Assembly (NCBI RefSeq): GCF_006345805.1
Contig: NC_042998.1
Coordinates: 17,422,001 to 17,486,000, forward strand
Length of the DNA: 64,000 bases
DNA from: Octopus sinensis
Taxonomy: Eukaryota
Direction: 5' to 3'
In this document: positions 52,374 to 64,000 of the stretch, one piece after another
How positions within the stretch are numbered: the stretch's first letter is position 1
Layout: each line of letters begins with the position of its first letter
Notes under the pieces: generated by a model
What the model saw: only the letters and a program-made list of their open reading frames with translations
What the model was told of the DNA's origin: nothing
Database searches by the model: none
Position numbers and translations under genes: made by a program

Positions 52374-52716
52374 GTAGGTCCCGGGTTGAGTCGGGGTTAA
52401 CCACAGTAAATAAGGTACTCAATACATAGCAGAGTAAATTAATTTATTTTATAGAAGGAGCTTCTACAGGACTAGAACTGTTTCATTCAAAAGAAATCAT
52501 CAGGAAGCTAGGTGACAAGAGTAGTTTTGGCATTTATACATTTAGGCAAGTTTAAAGGGGTGGTGGTGGGGGACTTTTTGGGGTAGGCATGGCGCAAACT
52601 ATCATTCTTAGGGGAGTGGTGAAAGGAATCGGTGGTAAAGTAGATAAAAGAATAAATAAAAGAATAAAAGAATAAATAGAAAAAAGAGTTTTAGGTAAAT
52701 AAGGAGACTCTCACTT
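52374..52716 (-). mobile_element. Non-coding ~340-bp unit flanked by TA-rich tracts, carrying an intact-core hammerhead (solo PLE terminal repeat or retrozyme-like)
   Basis: No ORF. HHR at 52459-52509. Boundaries defined by flanking microsatellites. Confidence 0.55.
52459..52509 (-). ncRNA. Type I hammerhead ribozyme
   Basis: agcttc-CTGATGA-tttc(tttt)gaat-GAAA-cag(ttctagtc)ctg-TA-gaagct. 6-bp stem I, full stem III, GUA cleavage site. Confidence 0.8.
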
Positions 52717-52726
52717 ATACATATAC

Positions 52727-52759
<33 letters not shown>

Positions 52760-53284
52760 CACACATGTACATATACACATACACACATACACCTATGTAT
52801 ACATATACATACATACATATACACACATATACATACATAGACATATACATATATACACATACACATACGTACCCATACACGCATACACCCATATTCACAT
52901 GTACATATGTACCCATATACATGTATCTACGTACACGCCCATACCCATACTCATACATACACTTATATATGTCTACACACATATATATATATAAATAATT
53001 AAATATTTTAAATATGTATAACTTATATATTCATTAAAGGTCACAGTACATGTATCAAAGCTCTAAAGTTTCATATGACGATAAAACTCAAACATATCCT
53101 TCAGGCGCAAACCACAAGTCATGGCGAACTTTAGTTGCGCTTTAATATATGCATTAATATATAAATAATATCTATCTCTCACCCTATGGAGTACATTTTA
53201 GTTTAATTTTCTATCACGGATCAATCAGTACATTATGTATACATATATATATATATTATAAATATGTACATATGTATATATATA

Positions 53285-53340
<56 letters not shown>

Positions 53341-53549
53341 ATTCAGAGAGAGGAGGAGAGAGATGCATGTATATGTGCCTACATGGTAAGAGAGAAATAG
53401 AGTTTTGAAGGATAGATGTTGTTAGATGCCCGAATGGCTACGTTTTACGGTTTCAAAGCTTTTCATTTTGAAGACCAGAAAAACACACACACACACACAT
53501 ATATATATACATGTATATATTTGTGTGTGCCATTATGTACGCATGTATG

Positions 53550-53621
<72 letters not shown>

Positions 53622-54149
53622 ATATATATATCCAAGTAAATTTTTGATCATTCGTGTGCATTTCATTTATACTTACAGACGAATCACACATTAATCAATA
53701 GCGCTTCATCATGAATCAATACGTAAATAGATGTACAGGAAAACTTGTTTTTCAATGTTACACTAACAGAAAATGATGTGTGAAATAATTGAAGGCAAAT
53801 TGGAATAACTTTTTAAAAGAGACTGAATCTTTGCCAGCGGTGTTTTTACTGCCTTATTAACTGCAATATGATCATTATTAAAATGAAAAAATTACATACA
53901 TATACACGCGTTCTGTGTGTGTGTGTTTTTGTGTGTGTGAATGTATTTTTCTCTGTGTATATATATAAAGGTGTGTGTGTGCATGTGTGTGTATAAACCT
54001 ACTTTCCATCTGGCACGTTTTGAGATATATTTGTTTGAAGTTAATATTGGTGTTTGGGAAGAAGCCACATTGGTATTGCCTGGCAATGGTGAAACCACGT
54101 CCCCCCAAAAAAAATATGAAAGACAAAAAGTATAACGGTGAGGATACTG

Positions 54150-54403
54150 AGGTGGAGGAGGAGGAGGAGGATGTGGAAGAGGAGAGAGAGAAGAAAAGAA
54201 GAAGGAGAAGAAAGAGAAGAAGAAGAAGGAGGAGAAGGAGGAGGAGAAGGAGAAGGAGAAGAAGAAAAGAAGAAGAAGAAGAAGAAGAAGAAGAAAAAGA
54301 AGAAGAAGAAGAAGAAGAAGAACGCAGCAGCGGCAGCAACAGGAGGGAAAACACTATTATGTTAGCGATGGCAATGATGGCAGCATTGATGAAAGGAGCC
54401 ACA

Positions 54404-54455
<52 letters not shown>

Positions 54456-54545
54456 CAACAACAACAACAACAACAATAATAATAATAATAATAATTGATA
54501 ACAAATATGCTGATGGTGAAGATGGTGATGATGATGATGATACAT
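54150..54545. repeat. Serial trinucleotide repeats (GAG/GAA)n, (AAT)n, (AAC)n, (GAT)n
   Basis: Directly visible. Confidence 0.92.
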
Positions 54546-54887
54546 GGTCATGATGCTGGTGGTTCTGATAGTCATGTGCATGATGGAGTCGGTGAAAGTG
54601 AAGGAAAATTAGCCACATATTTTGCATCTGGCATACGATAATATGCCACCATTTTGATAATTTTCTGATATATAGTAAACAAGGGGAAGTTTAAAGTAAT
54701 ATAAATCACTTCTGGATTTTAGGATTATTTGTATTTTTTTTCTATAAAGATTAGGGATGAAAATTTCAAATTTCAAATTAAAGCATTGCACAAATTTTTA
54801 AAAAGTACAAATGATTAATAAGGTCATTTGTGATTAGTCCGACGAGTGCAATAAAAGAAAAATGAGGATGAGGATGAAAATAATAAT

Positions 54888-55276
54888 GGATGGATGGAAA
54901 CACTCCGTCGGTTACGACGACGAGGGTTCCGGTTGATCCGATCAACGGAACAGCCTGCTCGTGAAATTAACGTGTAAGTGGCTGAGCACTCCACAGACAC
55001 GTGTACCCTTAACGTAGTTCTCGGGGATATTCAGCGTGACACAGAGAGTGACAAGGCCGGCCCTTTGAAATACAGGTACAACAGAAACAGGAAGTAAGAG
55101 TGAGAGAAAGTTGTGGTGAAGAGTACAGCAGGATCACCACCATCCCTGCCGGAGCCTCGTGGAGCTTTAGGTGTTTTCGCTCAATAAACACTCACAACGC
55201 CCGGTCTGGGAATCGAAACCGCGATCCTACGACCGCGAGTCCGCTGCCCTAACCACTGGGCCATTGCGCCTCCTAC
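54888..55276 (-). mobile_element. SINE family C, full length with TSD
   Basis: Reverse complement of family C. 12-bp gaaaataataat at 54876-54887 and 55277-55288. Confidence 0.92.
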
Positions 55277-55706
55277 GAAAATAATAATAATAATAATAAC
55301 AACAACAACAGCAACAAAAACAACAAGAGAATAAGAAGCCTCACATAGTCTTAATTCAGGAAGAAAACAAAATATTACTGGATCCTATATATAGCATGCC
55401 CGGCTGACAACAAGGTATGCTATAAGCAAGAAAGAAAAGTCGAGAGATATGACAGGTTAGCTTGGGAGGTTAAGCAGTTGTGGTCGATGAAAAAGGTGGC
55501 TGTAGTAACAATAATTCCCGGAGCCCTGTGAACAGGGAATAAAAATCTCGAGAAGTACATGGGAGAAATAGGGACTGCTATAAGGCTGGAACACTCATAC
55601 ACGAATACTCCGGAAGGTGATCGAAAAAAAGTGTTACCTTAGTTCGCTGGTAGTGAACAGCTGACACCGTAGTAAATCTCCAACGTTAGAAGATGTGGAA
55701 AGGCAA

Positions 55707-56210
55707 GAAGAAGAAGAAGAAGAAGATTACGATGATGAAGAAGAAGAAGATTATGATGAAGAAGAAGAAGAAGAAGAAGAAGAAGAAGGAGAAGAAGATT
55801 ATGATGAAGAAGAAGGAGAATAAGAAGAAGATTATGATTAAGAAGGAGAAGAAGAAGAAGATGAAGAAGAAGGAGAAGAAGAAGAAGATGAAGAAGAAGA
55901 AGAGGAAAAAGAAGAAGAAGATGAAGAAGAAGAAGAAGAAGAAGGAGAAGAAGATTATGATGATGAAGAAGAAGAAGAAGTAGAAGATTATGATGAAGAA
56001 GAAGAAGAAGAAGAAGAAGATGAAGAAGAAGATGAAGAAGAAGAAAAAGATGAAGAAGAAGAAGAAGAAGAAAAAGATGAAGAAGAAGAAGAAGAAGAAG
56101 AAGAAGAAGAAGAAGATGAAGAAGAAGATGAAGAAGAAGATGAAGAAGAAGAAGGAGAATAAGAAGGAGAAGAAGAAGAAGAAGAAGAAGAAGAAGAAGA
56201 AGAAGAAGAA
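55707..56210. repeat. ~500-bp imperfect (GAA)n purine tract
   Basis: Directly visible, with interspersed GAT/TAT/GAG units. Confidence 0.95.
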
Positions 56211-56400
56211 GGTATTCTTTTCGCGATTTAGTGATACGATAAACAAGTTTGTGGTTGTAGGTCGAGCAAATGCCATCGACGGAGTACTTTATCGACCTCG
56301 AAATGTTGAAAAATTAGGTTCGTGATTCGATCTCAAAAGGCAAAGATACACAAATGATACTGTAAATTATTTTCCAGAAACCTTGAGCTCTTCTGACAGT
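56211..56400 (-). mobile_element. SINE family B, very diverged
   Basis: tactttatcgacctcgaaatgttgaaaa resembles the reverse complement of cctttcgaggtcgataaa..gta. Confidence 0.45.
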
Positions 56401-56705
56401 TCTCAACCACAGAATCCGTGCCTTCGAAGCCGATACAATTATTTGTGATACAGTAGAGCGCTTCTGAGTTAGAGATACCAAGAAGAAATTTATTGTCATC
56501 TTCCACAAAATTAAACTCTGCCCAGATGTTTTTAAGCAGAATACAACGGTTTCTGAAGGTATTTGCTCTGGCACTGGCCAGCTAGCAAACTATTTTAAAT
56601 ATTTTTGTCTATGATTCGAAACATTTATTTCTATAAAGAATTTGACTTGTAGCTTAACAATCAGAAATGGTTATTCAGGCCGTTATGGATCTACTCAATT
56701 GAGAA

Positions 56706-57099
56706 GGGAAGGGAGGAAGCACTCCGTCGGTTACGACGACGAGGGTTCCGGTTGATCCGAATTAACGGAACAGCCTGCTCGTGAAATTAACGTGTAAGTG
56801 GCTGAGCACTCCACAGACACGTGTACCCTTAACGTAGTTCTCGGGGATATTCAGCGTGACACAGAGAGTAACAAGGCCGGCCCTTTGAAATACAGGTACA
56901 ACAGAAACAGGAAGTAAGAGTGAGAGAAAGTTGTGGTGAAAGAGTACAGCAGGGATCACCACCATCCCCTGCCGGAGCCTCGTGGAGCTTTTAGGTGTTT
57001 TCGCTCAATAAACACTCACAACGCCCGGTCTTGGAATCGAAACCGCGATCCTATGACCACGAGTCTGCTGCCCTAACCACTGGGCCATTGCGCCTCCAC
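56706..57099 (-). mobile_element. SINE family C, full length with TSD
   Basis: 13-bp TSD actcaattgagaa at 56693-56705 and 57100-57112. Confidence 0.93.
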
Positions 57100-58989
57100 A
57101 CTCAATTGAGAAACCCGGTAGAATAAAATAAAAATCACCGAAAACAATCTCTAGAATTTAAAACGCATTTACCAGCAATGAGCATGATGATGATGATGAT
57201 GACGACGACGACTATGTATACACAATATGTAAACACATGAATGATACAGTGCTCTTGATGCAGGAGACCCCCCCCCCAACCAGGGATTATAAAAAATCCC
57301 ACAAATCCAAGGTGAACATGATTACCAGGCGCACAGGACTTCTTCCAACTCTCGTTTGCCAATATGTAACCACAGGCCTTGTGTAGTTCAGTTCCTTATG
57401 GCCAATTCCGCCTCCGTTCAATGATTTTTGAACAAATTCGTTTGTGGGTTAATGCTTTTATTTCTTCTTTTACTTTCCACTACAAATGGAGTTTGAAATC
57501 CGATAAAGGCTCCACCGAAGAAGGAAATGTTTATGCTCAGTCCTTTATACCCCGTCCAATTCACAACCACCTTTGTCATAGCTAGTAGACGGACGTACAT
57601 CGCCTGACATGCCTCGTTAAAACTATGAACTCAGTCGATAGTGAGATTCAATCTAAGTGCAACAACAGTTGTTGGACATAACTTCGCACAGCAATTTTCA
57701 GACGCTACACGATTTCGCAGAGTAGGGTTTCTTAGAATTTCCGCCTGACGGCATCTCTGTCACCGCGGCGTGTGTCACGAATCGATGGTGTCCCTCCGTA
57801 ATTCTGCTAGCATAGAGATGTCTGCAAGTCTCCAATAAGATCTCGAGTTGGAAAGTCCTCCAAATCAGGACAGCTATTTCGATCTTGTCGATGTCTGGAA
57901 TATCTCCAAGAGCGTCATCTCTTACTATAACCGATACATCTCCGTATACTGCTAATGTTGTCAACAGTCGCTGTGAATTCAAAGACTATTTACTGAAACA
58001 ATGAAGTACTGCACTCTGTCAACGATAAGAAAAGTTTATCAGTAAGATTCTGTAATTTGCAAAAAGATAAAATATTTATCTTCAAATTTAAGTAAATAAT
58101 AAATAAATAGTTATTTCCTGAACAGTGTGCTGGAGAATCTATATATAATTTATAAATTAACACAGGATCATTTGATGAATTATAATCGACCAGTTGTGAA
58201 ATCATTTCCGTGATGTTCTAGGATAACATAAAGGAAGGAAAAAACGAATTATTGGAATAATTTACAGATTACCTGAGAATTCACACGGACCAATGCAAGC
58301 CTTGATGGCTATATGACTAGTGCAGCAAAGAGTATTCAAAGACTCTTAGGGTCTCGATGTTATTCAAATATTGATGAAAGACGTGATGCACTTATAGACT
58401 GGTACCTTTTCATGCATGACTCGATTGGTATTCCACACGCAAAGGGAATGACATAGTAATGTGTTGAACAATCCTGCTTCTGAAGTAGAAAGGAACAACT
58501 AAAGAAAAATCAGAACCGCCCAAATAATTCGTTTAGCATTTCATGCAAAATATTCGGGAACATGCATGATACGTAGAAATGAGTTACTCGCGCTGAAATG
58601 AGGTTTATTGATATGAGGCACGTATGCATATCAAAGAAATGTTTTGCAGCTTTTATACAATATTCAAAATTACGAATACCTTAGGCAATTTGTGCTTCAA
58701 ATAACTCTCAGGTGTATCAACGATAGACTCTAGAAATATTTTGTAAGGAGAAAAGCTCTAAGAGTTCTTTTTGAAATACGTCAAAGGAGATGAGATATTC
58801 ACTCTTGAACATATAAGTGTACCTCGCAAAATAATCTACTAAACACGATGGTTGAATCTAAAGTAATACAATGTATCGCATAAATGTTTTATTAACTGAC
58901 ATAAGTCGTTCAGATTCCACTTGCTGATTGAGTAAAGCCTCTTCTATGCTCAACATAATTTCTATCTCAAGTGTAGCATTTCCTTCATC

Positions 58990-59500
58990 AGCTTCATCCG
59001 GCTCAGAAATATTCTTTGAAAAATATATAGGTATGCAAAATTCAGGGAAATCACTTCCCTCCCATCATGTTCACCTCATCTGCTTTATCAAAACTTCGTA
59101 CACGAATATTGTCCTGCGCTTGACGAGAAAGGTGGAATTTAGACGGTGTAACATTTGGGCTGAACGGAAAATGGGGGACACATTATCAAGCCAATTTGCA
59201 AATAGCCTGATTTGTTGTTTCACCTGTAAATGGTCGCCCATGGTAACGATTTCATAGCTTGATCATTTGGGTCCCTAATCGTAGCTTATCGCCTCAGCGT
59301 GCAAATTTTCTACAATGCTATCTTCGCCTTCCTTAATATTTTTCATTAATCTCTGAAGATTATCTTGTCATTAGCGACATTTACGTAAACAATCTGTGGT
59401 TGTCAGAGAGTTTGCAATACTCCATCCATCAAGAACTCAAAGATGGCATATTGCTTCCGTATGGAACCCGTCTTTTTTCCTATAATAAAGAATATGAAGA
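58990..59500 (-). pseudogene. Highly degenerate mariner transposase C-terminal remnant
   Basis: Minus strand HGRPFTGETT...VPHFPFSPNVTPSKFHLSRQAQDNIRVRSFD resembles HDNARPH...LPHPPYSPDLAPSDFHLFRSLQN.L....F. In-frame stops present. Confidence 0.55.
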
Positions 59501-60186
59501 AGAGTAACTATAGAGGAACAATTACTCTACCAAAATGTGCACTTTGAATAACCAACGTCCTTTAATAAAATGCCAACATTTGCATTGTACTATTTCTTCT
59601 TATTACAAAAAAATCCGTAACACTCTCTAGTAATTTCCATTAGAAAGGCAGTTTAAAAATTTGTCTGGGAATAAGCATAACCCTTTCTCTAATTTCCACT
59701 AACGGTTCTCACTTGTGCGTTGCTGTCCATTTCATATTTTTGATAAGAGGTTAAGTTCATGATAATCTCTTCTTAGTCGTTTTAAAAGCATCCGCATGCG
59801 TTACCAGTTTATTTTTATACATTTTTATGGAAATAGCATATATTTTCTGGACACCACGCTCATCTATTTACATGTGCGTATTCGTAAATATCGGCAAATT
59901 GCTTTTAACTAGTTTACCCGCTTTTATCCCCTCCTTTTTAGTGGCCATTTTTATCACAGTTGTAAATTTTGCAGATACTGTTGCTAATATCAGCGCAGTT
60001 ACGAATTTCTTCCTAAGTGTTCTTGTTTTTCAATTTTTTTCTTTTATGTTGAGGCGCAGTTTCTTCTTTTAAAGCATATGCGGCTCTGATAGGATCGATC
60101 CATAGTAAAAGTTCTCCAACTATGACACCCTCGCCTATTTTCCAAGAATATATTGTGGATTATGTCACTCACTATCTCAATTTTTG

Positions 60187-60570
60187 TGATGCGCAATGGT
60201 CCAGTGGTTAGAGAAACGGACTGACGGTCATAGGAACACGGTTTCGATTCCCAGACCGGATGTTGTGAGTGTTTATTGAGCGAAAACACCTAATGCTCCA
60301 CGGGGATCCAGCAGGGGAATGGTGGTGAACCCTGCTGTACTCTTTCACCACAAGTTCTTCTCACTCTTACTTCCTGTTTCTGTTGTGCCTGTAATTCAAA
60401 GGGCCAGCCTTGTTACATTTTGTGTCACGTTGAATATCCCACGAGAACTACGTTAAGGGTATATATGTCTGTGGAGTGCTCAGCCACTTGCACGTTAATT
60501 TCACGAGCAGGCTGTTCTGTTGATAGGATCAACTGGGACCCTCGTCGTCGTAAGCGACGAAGTGCCAACA
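60187..60570 (+). mobile_element. SINE family C (diverged)
   Basis: gcgcaatggtccagtggttag...ggtttcgattcccagacc...cgtcgtcgtaagcgacg. Confidence 0.88.
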
Positions 60571-61412
60571 CATTTCACATTATAAAACTGTAGTGTATAG
60601 ATTTAAATGTTAAGTAACAAATTCATATGATATACCTTGAAAACTGTCATTTTTTGTCAATAAGTCTACTTGTCTGTTCCTTGAAATCTTTATTAGCTTT
60701 GTTTATCGCCTCATCAATATGGCTATTCCCTAGGAATCGACGTCACTAATATTTTTAACCCCAAGAGAAGCCTGCACCTGCTGGTTTTCGATGCAATCTG
60801 CACCTTTTAGTTATTAGTTTTGCTAGCAGAATTATTTGTATGTGGAAATGTACATATTTCTAATGCAATTTCTATCCTTCAGAGTTGATGTGAAAATTTA
60901 TATGATGAAACTTACTGAATAACCTTGACAATAACTCGTACATTTTTTAATTTCTTATCACATTTTTTGGCTAATTATTTTTTATGACGATCCATACACT
61001 AAATATACTAACACTAAATTTAGTTGTTTCTTTCATGTTGCAAACAGAGAAGAGAAATTTATATTCAGAGCATGTCTAATCTCTATAGTGTACATGTATA
61101 TAGACGTTGTCTTATTATTTCCGTAAGCACAGTGAAATCTATATTTTGTTCTGGTACTCTTCCCGAACCTGCTGTCTTACGTATTTATATAAGTCACGAA
61201 TATAATAATATAAAAAATCGTTACTACATTTTGTTGTCATCATGTCTAAATATACTACGTTAAATTTTCATATTGAATATGAAATTTTTAGCAACACTTT
61301 CCGAAATTATTTTCATCCACGAGATAAGGGCGTCGTTTATCCCTGGGATGGAAGTTTTTTTATTAATGACGTTCTATCATACTTGGTTTATAAATGTCTG
61401 CTGTGAAAACCA

Positions 61413-61413
61413 A

Positions 61414-61486
<73 letters not shown>
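61413..61486. repeat. (AAT)n tract 5' of the R4/Dong element
   Basis: Directly visible. Confidence 0.95.
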
Positions 61487-61487
<1 letters not shown>

Positions 61488-63440
61488 TCAAAAGGCGTTT
61501 GATAGCATCCCCCACACATGGATCCTCGAAACACTAGCCATTAACAAAGTAGCACCAACAATCATAAAATTCATAGAGCACTCTATGAATAAATGGCAAA
61601 CAGTCCTACGCCTCCAAACAAAAGAGGGACTCATGAAAACCAAAGACATCCCATTAGAAGAGGAATATTCCAGGGAGACACGCTCTCTCCACTTCTTTTC
61701 TGCTTGGCACTGTCACCTCTATCTGATATACTAAATAGAACTGGATGCGGATATAAATATTACGGCAAAACGATCAGCCACCTTTTATATATGGATGACC
61801 TAAAACTATACGCTGCAAATGACAAACAGCTGGAAACACTATTAAAGACAGTTCATGGATTTACCAAAGAAATAGATATGAAATTTGGATTAGAAAAATG
61901 CGCCAAAGTAACCATGAAAAGAGAAAAACTAGTTAAGAGTAACAACATCACACTAGATAAAACCAATGAAATAAAAGAATTAGACCAAAGCCAAACTTAC
62001 AAATACTTAGGAATCCATGAACTAGATAAGACACAACACACACAAATGAAAGAGAAAATAAAAAAAGAATATTATAGACGAGTTAGATCAATACTAAAAA
62101 CAGAGCTCAATGCTAAAAACAAGATAATAGGTATCAACACTTTAGCTGTCCCAGTTATAAGTTACAGCTACAATATCCTTAACTGGACACGAAATGAACT
62201 GACCAAAATAGATAGGAAAACAAGAAAAATAATGACAGGATCTAGGATGCATCACCCAAAATCTGACATAGAAAGACTATATATACAACGTATAGAAGGT
62301 GGTAGAGGCCTTATATGCTGGAAAACTACTATAAAATAACCACCATAGGACTGCAAAAATATCTACTTCAGAAGGAAGGAAAACTGATCCAGATAGCGGC
62401 AAAACACGAGCAAAACAAAAAACTGTTCTCAGTATTTAAGGAAGCTGACAAATACGAACAAGAAATCATACCACCTAATAAACATGATGAAGAAGAAGAA
62501 GATGAAGAAACAACAAAAGCTATAAAACAAATGAAATCCAAACTAAAAATAGAACAGCAACGAACCATGATACAACGATGGCAAGAAAAGCCCCTTCATG
62601 GTAAATAGTGGACTAAACTAAACGCAAAAGAAATAGACAAAGAAAAATCCCAGCAATGGTTGAGAAGCTCAGGACTCAAAGTAGAAACAGATGGATTTTT
62701 AATTGCAGCACAAGACCAAAGCCTCCCCACCAGAAATTACCAAAAACATGTAATGAAAAGAAATATTACAAGTAACTGCAGAATATGTGGAGATGGACAA
62801 GAAACAATAAATCATATTATCTCTAGCTGCCCAGTCCTGGCTAAGAAGGAATATATTCACAGACATGACAGAGTTGGAACCTACATACATTGGAAGCTAT
62901 GCCAACATTATGGAATAACAACAGAAAAAAGATGGTATAGGTACACACCAGAAAAGGTTACAGAAAACGAGAAAGCAACCATACTCTGGGATATGCCGAT
63001 ACACACAGATAGAGAAATTAAGGCCAACAGACCAGATATAGTTGTCAGAGATCATGAAGAAAAAAAATGCTTTCTAATTGATGTATCAATACCGGCAGAT
63101 GACAACGTGTCTCTAAAAGAAATGGAGAAACTCTCAAAATACAAAGACCTGGAAATAGAGGTAACTAGAATGTGGAATCTGAAAACAGAAACAATTCCTA
63201 TCATAGTAGGTGCATTAGGCATGATAAAAAAATATTCAGACAAATACATAACAAAAACACCAGGACTTACAAACACATATAACATACAGAAAATTGCACT
63301 ACTAGGTACTGCACACATCCTACGCAGAACACTTTCCATACAATAACCATCAGAGCATCACAACAAATCACAGCACATACCCAAGGCACACAGAGCTGCG
63401 CTCGGTAGTGAAGTAAAAGCACGCTATAAAAATAAAACTA

Positions 63441-63443
<3 letters not shown>
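61486..63443 (+). mobile_element. 5'-truncated R4/Dong-clade non-LTR retrotransposon (RT plus restriction-like endonuclease), disrupted
   Basis: KAFDSIPH, RGIFQGDTLSPLLFCL, HLLYMDDLKLY, CCHC finger CRICG..ETINHIISSC, RHD, and RPDIV...IDVSIP..EKLSKYKDL. Frameshifts near 61650 and 62320 and a stop at 62606. ~100-nt 3' UTR. Confidence 0.93.

Positions 63444-63495
<52 letters not shown>
63444..63495. repeat. (AAT)n tract 3' of the R4/Dong element
   Basis: Directly visible. Confidence 0.95.
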
Positions 63496-64000
63496 TTGAA
63501 ACGGACATGCTGTTCAAACCCTCCTGAATATAGCAGATAATAAGTTTGCCAATAAAACTGAGCGATTAATTACTAGATTAAATTAACGCCTATTTAATAA
63601 CGTATTTAATAACATATTTCAGGAATTGACGTGAATTTCTGTAGCTACTTTCTCGACAGTTAATCAAATTTGTATATAAGACCAAAAGTTTACTTCGTGA
63701 ATTCTTGCATCATTTAAATATATCGGGAATAAAAACATTCGAAACTTTATGCATTTTTATAGCATCTTTTTTGTTTGCTTGCTGGTTTGTTTTTGTATTT
63801 GTTTTGCTAAGTGAGATTTGCTGACAGAACCAAATCAAATGAAAACGACTTCATATATATGGCATATATGAGCGAAATCATCAAAGAATCTTACGTAATA
63901 AGTACACTCACGATCAAGTCATACTTATGGAATATCATTAGTTGGAAATGCTTACATGCCTGTACTCCCTCTAGAGGTGCTTCAAATGTTAGGCCCATAA

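Noticed and set aside
53878-56325. Long poly-K/F/R/E/L/I ORFs
   Set aside because: They arise from trinucleotide repeats and are open in several frames on both strands. No domain or splice evidence.
57698-57982. 94-aa ORF in GC-richer unique sequence
   Set aside because: No recognisable motif, non-ATG start and no splice signals. It may be an old transposon remnant, but I cannot support that.

Overview
AT-rich eukaryotic DNA with dense (TA)n, (GATA)n, (CA)n and trinucleotide microsatellites. The repeat families suggest an octopod cephalopod (inference, not searched). I cannot support any host protein-coding gene, and most ORFs in the track are translated microsatellites. The window is mostly transposable elements. 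It holds about 25 tRNA-headed SINE copies from at least five families, several with clear target-site duplications (TSDs). It also holds four CR1-like and two RTE-like LINE fragments, one R4/Dong-type LINE inside a (TAA)n tract, three decayed Penelope-like elements (PLEs), decayed Tc1/mariner transposases (one DD37D), a TA-flanked MITE and a ~160-bp palindrome. The most unusual signal is a set of type I hammerhead-ribozyme (HHR) folds, read by eye, in four settings: inside a tRNA-headed SINE, in ~165-bp units embedded in (TA)n, in a ~340-bp (TA)n-flanked unit with an intact core, and in a PLE terminal repeat with a long branched stem II. Two SINE tails match the 3' ends of LINEs in the same window, and one SINE head carries three different tails. 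All alignments and folds were done by eye, and boundaries are approximate.
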